Position numbers and translations under genes: made by a program
Source: Syntrophales bacterium
Lineage (GTDB): Bacteria; Desulfobacterota; Syntrophia; Syntrophales; PHBD01
Assembly (NCBI GenBank): GCA_963668175.1
Contig: OY764159.1
Coordinates: 2,496,001-2,560,000 of the forward strand
DNA: 64,000 bases
Reading direction: 5' to 3'
Shown here: piece after piece, positions 52,449 to 62,534 of the stretch
Numbering within the stretch: the stretch's first letter is position 1
Layout of the letters: every line of letters begins with the position of its first letter
The notes under the pieces: generated by a model
The model's input: only the letters and a program-made list of their open reading frames with translations
Told to the model about the DNA's origin: nothing
Database searches by the model: none

Positions 52449-53129
52449 ATGATTGATTGGTGCGAAAAAAATTCTTGGGTAGCTGTTTTTGACATCCTCG
52501 GCTTCAAAGAACAGATTCGTCAATCTGGCAAAGAATTACAGCGACATTTATTAAAGAGTAAGCTCGATAACCTGTTAAAAGAATTGGAAGATGAAGTAAG
52601 GAGTCTTGGGAAACTAGAGTATGTTATCTTCTCCGATACGATCGTTATTTTTGCTCCTGATTTAGAACCACGTTCGTATCCATTCTTTCTCCTTCAATGT
52701 ACGAAATTTATAGAGAACTCCATAACCATCAGATTGCCCGTCAGGGGTGCCATTAGTGTTGGGAAATCTTTCATTTCCCATTCGCCAGTCATGCTCATAG
52801 GTCCATCTTTCCTTGAAGCCTATGAATACTGCGAAGATCAGAACTGGATTGGACTTCTGCTGAGTCCTTCTGCTACACTTGAATTACGAGAAGCCGAACT
52901 AGAACCACAACGGCATAACTTCATATCGGACGATGCTGACATCCCACTCAGAAAACAGGCAAAGACTAATATCTTGGCATATCGATTTCAAAATGGAGAA
53001 TCAAATCATGAAAGCCATTTACTCCCTTATCTGGAAGAAATGGCGCATTTTGCCGCTGACAAGAATAAAGAAAAATATTGGAAGACGATTGATTTCATTA
53101 AGAAACACTATAAATATATAAACCGTTAA
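52449..53129 (+). CDS. AT-rich class III nucleotide-cyclase-like protein
   Basis: FDILGF, FSDTIV, RGAISVG and GPSFLEAY pattern; markedly AT-rich compared with the flanks. Confidence 0.65.
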   Translation: MIDWCEKNSWVAVFDILGFKEQIRQSGKELQRHLLKSKLDNLLKELEDEVRSLGKLEYVIFSDTIVIFAPDLEPRSYPFFLLQCTKFIENSITIRLPVRGAISVGKSFISHSPVMLIGPSFLEAYEYCEDQNWIGLLLSPSATLELREAELEPQRHNFISDDADIPLRKQAKTNILAYRFQNGESNHESHLLPYLEEMAHFAADKNKEKYWKTIDFIKKHYKYINR

Positions 53130-53230
53130 TGCATAAATCAAGATGGTTTTCGCCTTGAAAAATCGGCCGTTTTCCGTGCTTTTGGTGTGGGTAAAATATT
53201 TTAACGGTAGGATTAATATTAGCCCTGTCG

Positions 53231-53411
53231 GGCATCGCCTAAGCGTTGCGTCGTTGGCAACGGCCAGACAGCGGCCATTCTAGAAGCTTCCGGCATTGGC
53301 GACCAGGGTGTTTTGAAAACGCCCGACGCCGTGGGCCTCGTGCATATGGCCGCAAATGCAAAGGCCGACGGGATTCGCTTCGAGAAAAGCCATGACGCTG
53401 CGGTTGCCTAC
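53231..53411 (-). pseudogene. Repeat B copy 1: 3' remnant of a calcineurin-like metallophosphoesterase gene
   Basis: Translates VGNRSVMAFLEANPVGLCICGHMHEAHGVGRFQNTLVANAGSF*NGRC, with an in-frame TAG at 53280-53282. It has the GHxH motif and no 5' part. Confidence 0.7.
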
Positions 53412-53427
53412 CCGCCGGGGTTCCTTT

Positions 53428-53760
53428 TCACATATTGTTGATCAGGCGGTAATACTCCCTGATGTTGCGGATCGATTCCATCGTGGCCTGGTAGAGGAAC
53501 CAGCTCAGGATGAGGATGACGATGGTGAGGCCGATCTTCCACGCCCGCGATGTGCCGGGGCGGAGCCAGATCAGGGGCAGGGCCAGGGGGCCGACGCACA
53601 GGACCGCAATGACGATGAAGGCGGTCCGGAAGTAGAAGGGAACCTTTTCCTTGGCAAGGCATGGTGGGCCGGGCCTCGCGGATGAGAGAAATTCACCGCA
53701 GTGCTTGCACTTGATGGCGGCGTCCTGGATGTCCTCGGCGCAGTAGGGGCACTTCTTCAT
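53428..53760 (-). CDS. Zinc-ribbon domain membrane protein
   Basis: MKKCPYCAEDIQDAAIKCKHCGE followed by two TM segments. Confidence 0.85.
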   Translation of the reverse strand: MKKCPYCAEDIQDAAIKCKHCGEFLSSARPGPPCLAKEKVPFYFRTAFIVIAVLCVGPLALPLIWLRPGTSRAWKIGLTIVILILSWFLYQATMESIRNIREYYRLINNM

Positions 53761-53784
53761 GATCGCCTCGCTTCTTTGGGCCTC

Positions 53785-53850
53785 GCGTCGGTCAGACTAT
53801 ATAGAAACGCCGCGCGGGAGTCAAGATCGCGGTGATCTTCGCGAATCGCC
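53785..53850 (-). promoter_or_regulatory. Repeat C copy 1, containing a sigma-70 promoter
   Basis: Minus strand TTGACT-CCCGCGCGGCGTTTCTA-TATAGT (17-bp spacer); near-identical copy at 56272-56338. Confidence 0.8.
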
Positions 53851-53882
53851 TCGCCATGAAGGAAGGGAGCCTGGCGCATCGG

Positions 53883-53931
53883 CCGCGACTTCGGCCGCGA
53901 CAAGTTCGGCAGCCCGCTCCGTCTCCCGGAC
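53883..53931 (+). repeat. Repeat A copy 2 (degenerate tupA 3' fragment)
   Basis: 21-bp exact match to 52267-52287; reads RDFGRDKFGSPLRLPD versus tupA RDFGRDKYGSPLFFPD. Confidence 0.85.
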
Positions 53932-54053
53932 AAGAGTATTGTCTTGACTTTACGGGATGAAGGGAAGATGATATCCCCATAGTCGCATAGCGAGGCTGAG
54001 GGGGTAAATCTCTCCGGGACCTCCGCCCCACAGAGGGGCCGAATATACTGTTG

Positions 54054-54092
54054 AAACCCTGTCTATTACGATTAGATGGGGTTTTTGTTTTT
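54054..54092 (+). terminator. Intrinsic terminator inside the 5' leader of the YodL-like gene
   Basis: 12-bp stem AAACCCTGTCTA/TAGATGGGGTTT (two G-U pairs), 7-nt loop, TTGTTTTT tail. Confidence 0.6.
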
Positions 54093-54126
54093 GAACGGGC
54101 TTCAATAACAGGGAGAGGGGAAGACG

Positions 54127-54423
54127 ATGAAGACATATACGATCTGGTATAGGAAGGAGCCGACCTATTGGTTCGACCGCGGCCTGAAGGTCGAGGATGT
54201 TTACAGCGCGTGTTTCAGAGTCGGTCAGATTCAAGCCGCTTGCCTGGACGAAGTATTTCAGAATCAGCAGGCGGAGGTTTGGAATCGCGAGGAAGAAAGG
54301 AAAATGACGGAAATCGTAAAAAGATGGGGATTGCGCGATGCCTCCATGAGCGTGGGAGATATCGCGGAGGTCGACGGAAAATTCTATCAGGTCGCCCTGT
54401 CTTGCTGGAAACAGATGGATTGA
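54127..54423 (+). CDS. YodL-like hypothetical protein
   Basis: LDEVF...SMSVGDI...YQV...WKQM pattern; purine-rich RBS. Confidence 0.65.
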   Translation: MKTYTIWYRKEPTYWFDRGLKVEDVYSACFRVGQIQAACLDEVFQNQQAEVWNREEERKMTEIVKRWGLRDASMSVGDIAEVDGKFYQVALSCWKQMD

Positions 54424-54779
54424 TGCGAGAGAGGGCATGGGCGCGACGCTTTGCCCGTCGTGCGGCGGACACCGGGCAAGGATGCCTCTTCCCGAAGGAG
54501 GCCCCGATTCGGGAGATGCGTCGCAGAAGCCGGAAACGGATTAAAGCAATACTCCCGACAAAAACAATATTCGTGTAAAAAACAGACGATGCCCATGCGA
54601 ATCGAACCAGCCGGGGAAGGGGAAAAGGGCCGGTTCGACGAATTGCTGCGCCCGAAACAGTCCGTTTTACCCCGACGCCTTGACGTTCGTCCGGCGTATT
54701 CGATATCCCCGCGCGATACGAAGTCGAGGCCCCGCTCGACGCTGTGGGCGCGTGCGGCAAAGTTGAGAATGGGAAGGAT

Positions 54780-55250
54780 ATGAAAATTTACGTCGATGCG
54801 GACGGTTTCCCCACGGCGGCCAAGGACATCCTGGTCCGGGCGGCCCTGCGTTTGAGCATTTCCGCGGTCTTCGTCTCCAACAAGCCTATCCGCCTCGAAA
54901 CATCGGCGCTCTTTTCGCACGTCCTGGTTCCCGAGGGACCGGATATCGCCGACGACCGTATCGTTGCGCTGGTCGCGCCCGGCGATCTCGTCGTGACGGC
55001 GGACATACCGCTTGCGGACCGCGTCGTGGCGAAGGGCGCCTTCGCCATCAACCCGCGAGGGAAGCTCTACACGGAGGATAACGTCAAAGACCGGCTCGCC
55101 GTCCGCGATCTCCTGAGCGGCCTCCGGGACGGCGGCCTGATGACGGGCGGCCCGCCGGCCTACGGCCGGAAAGACTGCCAGGCCTTTGCCGCGCAATTGG
55201 ATCGATTTCTTGTCAAGGCCGTGGCGAATAAGACCAAAAACACGGGATGA
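54780..55250 (+). CDS. YaiI/YqxD (UPF0178) family protein
   Basis: MKIYVDADGFP, ADDRI, GDLVVTADIPLA and GGPP motifs. Confidence 0.92.
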   Translation: MKIYVDADGFPTAAKDILVRAALRLSISAVFVSNKPIRLETSALFSHVLVPEGPDIADDRIVALVAPGDLVVTADIPLADRVVAKGAFAINPRGKLYTEDNVKDRLAVRDLLSGLRDGGLMTGGPPAYGRKDCQAFAAQLDRFLVKAVANKTKNTG

Positions 55251-55260
55251 GATCGCGACA

Positions 55261-55401
55261 GGCATCGCCGTAAGCGTTGCGTCGTTGGCAACGGCGGGAC
55301 AGCGCCCTCTCTTGAAGCTTTCGGCATTGGCGGCCAACGGGTTTTGAAAAAACAAAACGGTCCGCGCCTCGTGAATGCAGCCGCAAAGGGTAAGGCCGAC
55401 G
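55261..55401 (-). pseudogene. Repeat B copy 2: metallophosphoesterase 3' remnant
   Basis: Homologous to 53231-53380 (25-bp exact block TAAGCGTTGCGTCGTTGGCAACGGC); translates VGLTLCGCIHEARTVLFFQNPLAANAESFKRGRC. Confidence 0.7.
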
Positions 55402-55518
55402 ATGCAAGTTCCGTGGACGGCCTTCTCCATTCCTAAACGGTGAAGACGTCTTCGCATGGCATCGCGGCCTCGCCCGGTGCTCCGGGCGCGAAGTAAGGCC
55501 CTGCCGCCGGTTCGGAGC

Positions 55519-56214
55519 TTATTGGGCTGCCGTCTGCTCTTTCAGCCAGGCGACGGCGGCCGCGTTCACCTCGGATTCGTGGCCCTCGTATTCGTGCCGG
55601 GCGCCGGGAATGGGCACCTGTTTGTAACGGGGCGAGGCAAACCGCTTGCGGAAATCGGCGGCCTTGGCGTCCCGGCCGCTGTCCGCGTACACGTCCAGCA
55701 CCGGGATTTTCACCCTGCGGATGGTGGCGTTGGCGTTAAGGGGCTCTTCACCGCCTCCCAGCAGCCCCACGGCGATGAAACCGGCAACGCCGCTGTCCGG
55801 TCGATCGGCCAGGAAGGCGCAGGCCATGCGTCCCCCCATGCTGTAGCCCATGAGGTACACACGCGCGACGCCCTTCTCGTTTTTCAGGAAATCGACGGCC
55901 TTTTGGATGCGTTCGTACGCATCGGGAAACGTCGCGGCATAGTAATGCGCCTGCTCCATGGTCTTCCTGCCCGAAACGACCGGCATCTGCAGCGACAGCG
56001 TATGGAAGCCGAGTTCCTGGTGGATGGTCTTCCTCATGGAGCCGACCACCAGGGAATCGGGATCGGCGCCCTGGCCGTGCGCCAGGATCACGCCGATCCT
56101 GGAGCCCTTGCCGTCCAGATATTTCCCGTCGGGCATGTCGGCGGCATGAACGGCGCCCGTCAGAATCATGAAAATTCCCGCAATAAACAGCGTCGAAGTC
56201 CTTGTCCGGCTCAT
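55519..56214 (-). CDS. Exported alpha/beta hydrolase (DUF3530-like)
   Basis: Signal peptide, ILAHGQG, GYSMG nucleophile elbow, PVLDVY and GARHEY. Confidence 0.85.
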   Translation of the reverse strand: MSRTRTSTLFIAGIFMILTGAVHAADMPDGKYLDGKGSRIGVILAHGQGADPDSLVVGSMRKTIHQELGFHTLSLQMPVVSGRKTMEQAHYYAATFPDAYERIQKAVDFLKNEKGVARVYLMGYSMGGRMACAFLADRPDSGVAGFIAVGLLGGGEEPLNANATIRRVKIPVLDVYADSGRDAKAADFRKRFASPRYKQVPIPGARHEYEGHESEVNAAAVAWLKEQTAAQ

Positions 56215-56271
56215 TCCGTACTCCTTTCCTGATTGTGGGTGAAATGGCGACAGATCGGCAGTCCCTGCCCG

Positions 56272-56338
56272 GCGTCGGTTCCAACTATATCGAAACGCCG
56301 CGCGGGAGTCAAGGACGCGGCGATCTTCGTGAATCGGC
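56272..56338 (-). promoter_or_regulatory. Repeat C copy 2, containing a sigma-70 promoter
   Basis: Minus strand TTGACT-CCCGCGCGGCGTTTCGA-TATAGT. Confidence 0.8.
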
Positions 56339-56369
56339 TTATATGATCGGTAACGGAATGTAGTTAGCG

Positions 56370-56445
56370 CTTCGGCCGCGACAAATACGGCAGTCCGCTC
56401 TTCTTCCCGGACTCCGACGCGTGGGTGAAGGCACAGAAGAAGTGA
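56370..56445 (+). repeat. Repeat A copy 3 (displaced alternative tupA 3' end with its own stop codon)
   Basis: 21-bp exact match to 52273-52293; reads FGRDKYGSPLFFPDSDAWVKAQKK*. Confidence 0.9.
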
Positions 56446-56514
56446 AGCGGGGGAGGGCAGGGTGATAAGCGTCCCGGCTTTTTAAGATGACATCGACACA
56501 GACTCGGAAGGCAT

Positions 56515-56555
56515 AAAAAAGGGCGGAGCCGATATGGCGCCGCCCTTCCGTTTTT
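56515..56555. terminator. Bidirectional terminator-like hairpin
   Basis: AAAAAAGGGCGGAGCC-GATAT-GGCGCCGCCCTT followed by a T-tract. Confidence 0.65.
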
Positions 56556-56571
56556 GCATTTTGTGTGTAAG

Positions 56572-57159
56572 CTATTTCCGGAACTTTTTCCTTATAACGG
56601 CGGCACCGGCAAGGCCGAGGCCGAGAAGCAGCATCGTGGCGGGCTCGGGAACGGCGGCCGTGCTGTCGGCGGTGGCGTGGATATGGAAATAATAGGAGAT
56701 ATAATAACCGACAACGGCAGAACCGTATATATCCAAATATTGATCGGTCAGCGTACCCTTCAAAATGGAAGGTTCGCCTGTCACAACAATGAATCCGTGT
56801 TCATCCGGGCTCGTCAAATCCAGCCAACTGCTTCCGTCGAATACCGATCCGGTGAACGTCCCGTAATATTTGTCGGGAAACACGAACGGGCCATACGGCA
56901 GCCAGGAAGACTGCATGTTGGTGCCCTGGAGGGTCACAAGGGTCTTATTCACCCAAGGCAGGTCGATATAGTTGTCTATCCGTCCGTAAGTCAGGGAACC
57001 GGACAGGGAATATTGACGTGTAACATCCGAAAAGTAATAACCGGACGCATCGGTAATATAACTCTGCGTCGGGTCGATGGTATAGGTGCCGGCCGCGGCT
57101 GTCACCGGGATCGCGACGAAGAGGAACATGAAGCAAACCAGGATAAACACTCTTCTCAT
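56572..57159 (-). CDS. PEP-CTERM sorting domain surface protein
   Basis: Signal peptide and C-terminal VPEPATMLLLGLGLAGAAVIRKKFRK. Confidence 0.95.
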   Translation of the reverse strand: MRRVFILVCFMFLFVAIPVTAAAGTYTIDPTQSYITDASGYYFSDVTRQYSLSGSLTYGRIDNYIDLPWVNKTLVTLQGTNMQSSWLPYGPFVFPDKYYGTFTGSVFDGSSWLDLTSPDEHGFIVVTGEPSILKGTLTDQYLDIYGSAVVGYYISYYFHIHATADSTAAVPEPATMLLLGLGLAGAAVIRKKFRK

Positions 57160-57192
57160 AAGGGCCTCCTGATAAAATAATCATAAAAAATA

Positions 57193-57380
57193 AGCAATAT
57201 ATATACCATAAATGTAAGTGTTTCTGTTTGCTTGATATCCGTTGCCGGGCCGGTCGTTTTAATGGACAGGAATATCAATAAAATTTACACTATTCTATGG
57301 ATATTCAAGCGATAAGGGAAAAATTGTCATATTATGCAGGAGGTTACGCTGATAATTACTATATGTAAAGAATATCGACA
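57193..57380 (-). promoter_or_regulatory. Sigma-54 promoter plus TGT-N11-ACA enhancer-like boxes for the PEP-CTERM gene
   Basis: Minus TGGTATATATATTGCT (57193-57208); TATCAATAAAATTTACA (57273-57289); TGTAAAGAATATCGACA (57364-57380). Confidence 0.65.
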
Positions 57381-57463
57381 TTTTAGCCGGGACAAATTGT
57401 CTTGACAGGTCTCGAACCATCTGTTTTATTTCTGTTATACAAATCTTTTTCAGGGAGCCTTCC

Positions 57464-58297
57464 ATGTCGCTGACGATTGAAAAGAACCGCATCGCCGGAG
57501 AACTCGACAAATACATCAAGGGAAAGCACGACGCCGACAAGGTCAAAATAGCTACGGTCTGCAAGATGACCGTGGGGCTCGCGATCAGCTTCACCGAACT
57601 CTTGAAGGCACTGAAGGCCTTCCGGCAGGAACTGACGGTGCTCGTCGGCAAGAAGAATGAGAAACGCTGGTTCACCCACTCCGCCGGGCAACTCGACAAG
57701 ATCCTGGCGAAGGGGATCGAGAACTGCACCAAGCCCGCCGAAAACGAGCAGGGGCTGGCCCACGGGATGAAGCGCGCGCCTACGACGACCGTGAAGGACT
57801 GGAACCGCAACTCGGGCAACACGGAATTCCTCGTCAACAACCAGGCTTTCAAGCAGAAGACGGCCACCATCGAGGATATCCGGGGATTCCTCCAGCAGTC
57901 CGGAATCGCCAACGCGCACATCCGCGACTTCCTGTGCGAGTACTTCAACCAGGACGGCCTTTTGGGCATGGGGCACGCGTTCGGCATGGTGGTGACCAGC
58001 GAAACGGGCATGTCCCCGAGCTTCAGCGGCGCGTATCACGCCATCAAGACCGTGTCGTCCCGCAGCGTGTCGTGTTACGACCGGGCGGAATTCTCGTCCC
58101 TTGTCGATATGAAAGCCGGCAGAATCACGAATCTCAAGACCCCGCTGCAATTCATCACGATTTTCAACCTGGTGGACGACGGCCGGGACGTCCAGATGTC
58201 CGATGTCGAATACGCCATCGGCAACTTGAACGGCGTCGCCAAGGACCTCCAGCCCAAAATCGAGGCCGCCATCAAGAAGATCAACAGCCTCACGTGA
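57464..58297 (+). CDS. Hypothetical soluble protein
   Basis: 277-aa ORF with GGGAG RBS and strong GC3 bias; no family recognised. Confidence 0.8.
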   Translation: MSLTIEKNRIAGELDKYIKGKHDADKVKIATVCKMTVGLAISFTELLKALKAFRQELTVLVGKKNEKRWFTHSAGQLDKILAKGIENCTKPAENEQGLAHGMKRAPTTTVKDWNRNSGNTEFLVNNQAFKQKTATIEDIRGFLQQSGIANAHIRDFLCEYFNQDGLLGMGHAFGMVVTSETGMSPSFSGAYHAIKTVSSRSVSCYDRAEFSSLVDMKAGRITNLKTPLQFITIFNLVDDGRDVQMSDVEYAIGNLNGVAKDLQPKIEAAIKKINSLT

Positions 58298-58385
58298 GGG
58301 CGGATGTTTGCTTTAAGAGGACAATAAACCTGTCCCTTTATCGTGCCGTCCGAATCGGCAAGCAAAAGAGAATAGGACAACCGGC

Positions 58386-60168
<1,783 letters not shown>

Positions 60169-60178
60169 CGTCGCCTCC

Positions 60179-60673
60179 TTATTTGCCGTTGTATTGTTCG
60201 TCGGTGACCTTCTCCATCCATTCCACGTTCTTGCCGCCCTGCGTTCCCGTGATGGCGATATGCGTCATGGCGGTGGTGGGCGACGCCCCGTGCCAGTGCT
60301 TGACGTTGGGCGGGCACGTGATGACGTCCCCCGTCTTGATCTCCACGATCGGGCCTCCCCACTCCTGCGTGCGTCCGACGCCGGAGGTGACGATCAGGCG
60401 CTGGCCGGCCGGGTGGATGTGCCATGCGGACCTCGCGCCCGGCTCGAAGGTGACGTAAGAGCCGGAATAGGGCGCCGAATCGCTGGCGGGGAAGAGCGGG
60501 TCGACGCGGACGCTGCCGGTGAAATATTCGGCGGACCCCTTGGCGGATGGCTGGGAGCCCGCGCGAGACACGGTCTGCGACTTCTGGTCCGCCTCTGCGG
60601 CTTTCACCTCTCCCATTAAGGCACCCGTCGAGGCGATGACCGAAAGCATAAAGAGCATGGCTGCGTATTTCAT
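60179..60673 (-). CDS. Cupin domain protein
   Basis: [18 protein letters not shown]...KHWHGA...MTHIA. Confidence 0.92.
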   Translation of the reverse strand: MKYAAMLFMLSVIASTGALMGEVKAAEADQKSQTVSRAGSQPSAKGSAEYFTGSVRVDPLFPASDSAPYSGSYVTFEPGARSAWHIHPAGQRLIVTSGVGRTQEWGGPIVEIKTGDVITCPPNVKHWHGASPTTAMTHIAITGTQGGKNVEWMEKVTDEQYNGK

Positions 60674-60735
60674 TTTTCCCTCCTTGCGATGGTTTGTCGA
60701 GAAAGTCCGTGGATGCTGCGAACGGCCGCCGGGTG

Positions 60736-61233
60736 TTATTCCTCCCGGAGTTTGCCGAGCCAGGCGTCGAGAGCGCGATCGACGTCGCCCTTCCGGGTCC
60801 GCTTTGGGCTGTGCAACTCGATGCCTTCGAGGACGAGGGCGTTTTTCGCTTGCTTCCCGAAGTCCGAAAGCGTCTTCCCGGGTCCGCCCTCGTGGGTGCA
60901 GAAGGCGGCGGCTTTCCTACCTGCGAAGTCCGCCTGTTTCAGAAAGCTCATCACCGGTGTCGATAACGTGTACCACCACACCGGGCCGCCGACCAGGACG
61001 AGACCGTACGGCGCCATGTCGGGCGCTTTATCCGTGAGCGCCGGCAGTTCGCCCGCGTCAAGCTCCCGCTTGGCCTCCTCTGTCAGCGCGGAATACCCGG
61101 CGGGATAGGTCCGCACGGTCTCGATCTCCACGATATCCGCCCCGGTCTTCTCCCGTAACTTATCCGCGATGCTTTTTGTCGTTCCCGTATGGGAATAGTA
61201 AACGATCAGCATCTTTGCATCGTGTTCGGTCAT
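60736..61233 (-). CDS. Flavodoxin
   Basis: [15 protein letters not shown] and FCTHEG. Confidence 0.9.
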   Translation of the reverse strand: MTEHDAKMLIVYYSHTGTTKSIADKLREKTGADIVEIETVRTYPAGYSALTEEAKRELDAGELPALTDKAPDMAPYGLVLVGGPVWWYTLSTPVMSFLKQADFAGRKAAAFCTHEGGPGKTLSDFGKQAKNALVLEGIELHSPKRTRKGDVDRALDAWLGKLREE

Positions 61234-61303
61234 ATCCTTTTTGCTCCTTGAAAGCTTTGTTGGGGAAAATATAGCCCCGCCCGTCTCCGATTGCTAGATA
61301 CGA

Positions 61304-61325
61304 TCCTGCCCAATTCTTGCCCAAT
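61304..61325. promoter_or_regulatory. 11-bp tandem direct repeat, candidate AraC operator
   Basis: TCCTGCCCAAT-TCTTGCCCAAT between the divergent flavodoxin operon and the AraC gene. Confidence 0.5.
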
Positions 61326-61429
61326 TCTATCCGGGGACTAGCCAAATGGCATCAATCGTGGTATGGATATTTGCAGAGGCGATTCATGATAATCTTGAAA
61401 AAGAAATGAATACGGTGGGATATTACGAT

Positions 61430-62332
61430 ATGACGAAAAAAGATCGTGAGAGCGTGGCAAGGACCAACAATCTGCTGAAAGAGAAATTACTCCGCCGCCT
61501 GCCGGAGGCGGGACGCTGCCCGACCGCCATCGACGGTTTCATGATCTCCCGGCGGCACGACGCGAAGGAGCTGGAAAACTGCGTTTACAAGCCGCTGGTC
61601 GCGGTGGTGGTCCAGGGGTCCAAGCGCTCCGTGATCGGCTCCGAGGAGTACCGCTACGGGGAGAACCACTGCTTGGTCATCGGGGTGGACCTGCCCAGCG
61701 CGAACCACGTCCTTGTCGCGTCGCCGGAGCGGCCGTTCCTGGCGGTGACGCTTGACCTGGACCCCTACCTGATCACGCAGCTCGCGGCCGAAGTCCCGCC
61801 CGCGGCCAAAACGGGGGCCCGCTCATACAAGGGCATGGCCGTGGCGGCGGTCGATCCGGACGTGCTGGACGCGTTCCTCCGCCTGATGGAGCTTCTCGAC
61901 AGGCCCGAACAGATACCGGTGCTTGCGCCGATGATCGTTCGCGAGATCCATTACCGCCTGCTCATCGGGCCCCAGGGGGAGCGCCTGCGGACGGTCAACA
62001 CGCTGGGCACGCAGAGCAACCAGATCGCCAAATCCATCACGTGGCTGAAGGACAACTACAGGGAGCCGCTGCAGGTCGACGAGCTGGCGAGAAAGGTCCA
62101 CATGGCGACGTCCACGTTCCACCGGCACTTCCGGCAGGTGACGACCCTGAGCCCCTTGCAGTTCCAAAAGTGCCTGCGCCTCTATGAAGCCCAGCGCCTG
62201 ATGCTGGTGCAGAACGAGGACGCCGCCGTTGCGGGCTCGGCGGTGGGCTACGAAAGCCCGACGCAGTTCAACAGGGAGTATAAAAGGATGTTCGGCGAGC
62301 CCCCGCACCGGCATGTGAACCAGATGCGGTAG
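61430..62332 (+). CDS. AraC family transcriptional regulator (YqhC-like)
   Basis: QGSK, REIHYRLL, FHRHF...SPLQFQK...RL and VGYESPTQFNREYKRMFG. Start uncertain (61346-61430). Confidence 0.93.
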   Translation: MTKKDRESVARTNNLLKEKLLRRLPEAGRCPTAIDGFMISRRHDAKELENCVYKPLVAVVVQGSKRSVIGSEEYRYGENHCLVIGVDLPSANHVLVASPERPFLAVTLDLDPYLITQLAAEVPPAAKTGARSYKGMAVAAVDPDVLDAFLRLMELLDRPEQIPVLAPMIVREIHYRLLIGPQGERLRTVNTLGTQSNQIAKSITWLKDNYREPLQVDELARKVHMATSTFHRHFRQVTTLSPLQFQKCLRLYEAQRLMLVQNEDAAVAGSAVGYESPTQFNREYKRMFGEPPHRHVNQMR

Positions 62333-62518
62333 GCCGATTTTGCGTATAAATACAATCTTTGAAGATTGCCGCCGGCGCGGCTATGAAATGGCCGTAAAAA
62401 ATTCTATTGATCGCCTTCACCGGAAAAAATCCTCATATATGGTAAAATTTCTTTATATATCCAAACTCTCATAACACCCCGAAAAATATATGCTTTACAA
62501 TTTCAAGCACATGCCATG

Positions 62519-62534
62519 CGGCATATGAATTGCT
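62519..62534 (+). promoter_or_regulatory. Putative sigma-54 promoter
   Basis: CGGCATATGAATTGCT (GG-N10-GC) after an AT-rich tract, about 530 bp upstream of the DUF362 start. Confidence 0.5.

Noticed and set aside
52267..56445. CRISPR array or classical integron as explanation of the repeats
   Set aside because: Repeats are kb-spaced, of three different kinds and partly gene-derived. No cas or intI gene is present, and no convincing attC (RYYYAAC...GTTRRRY with internal L boxes).
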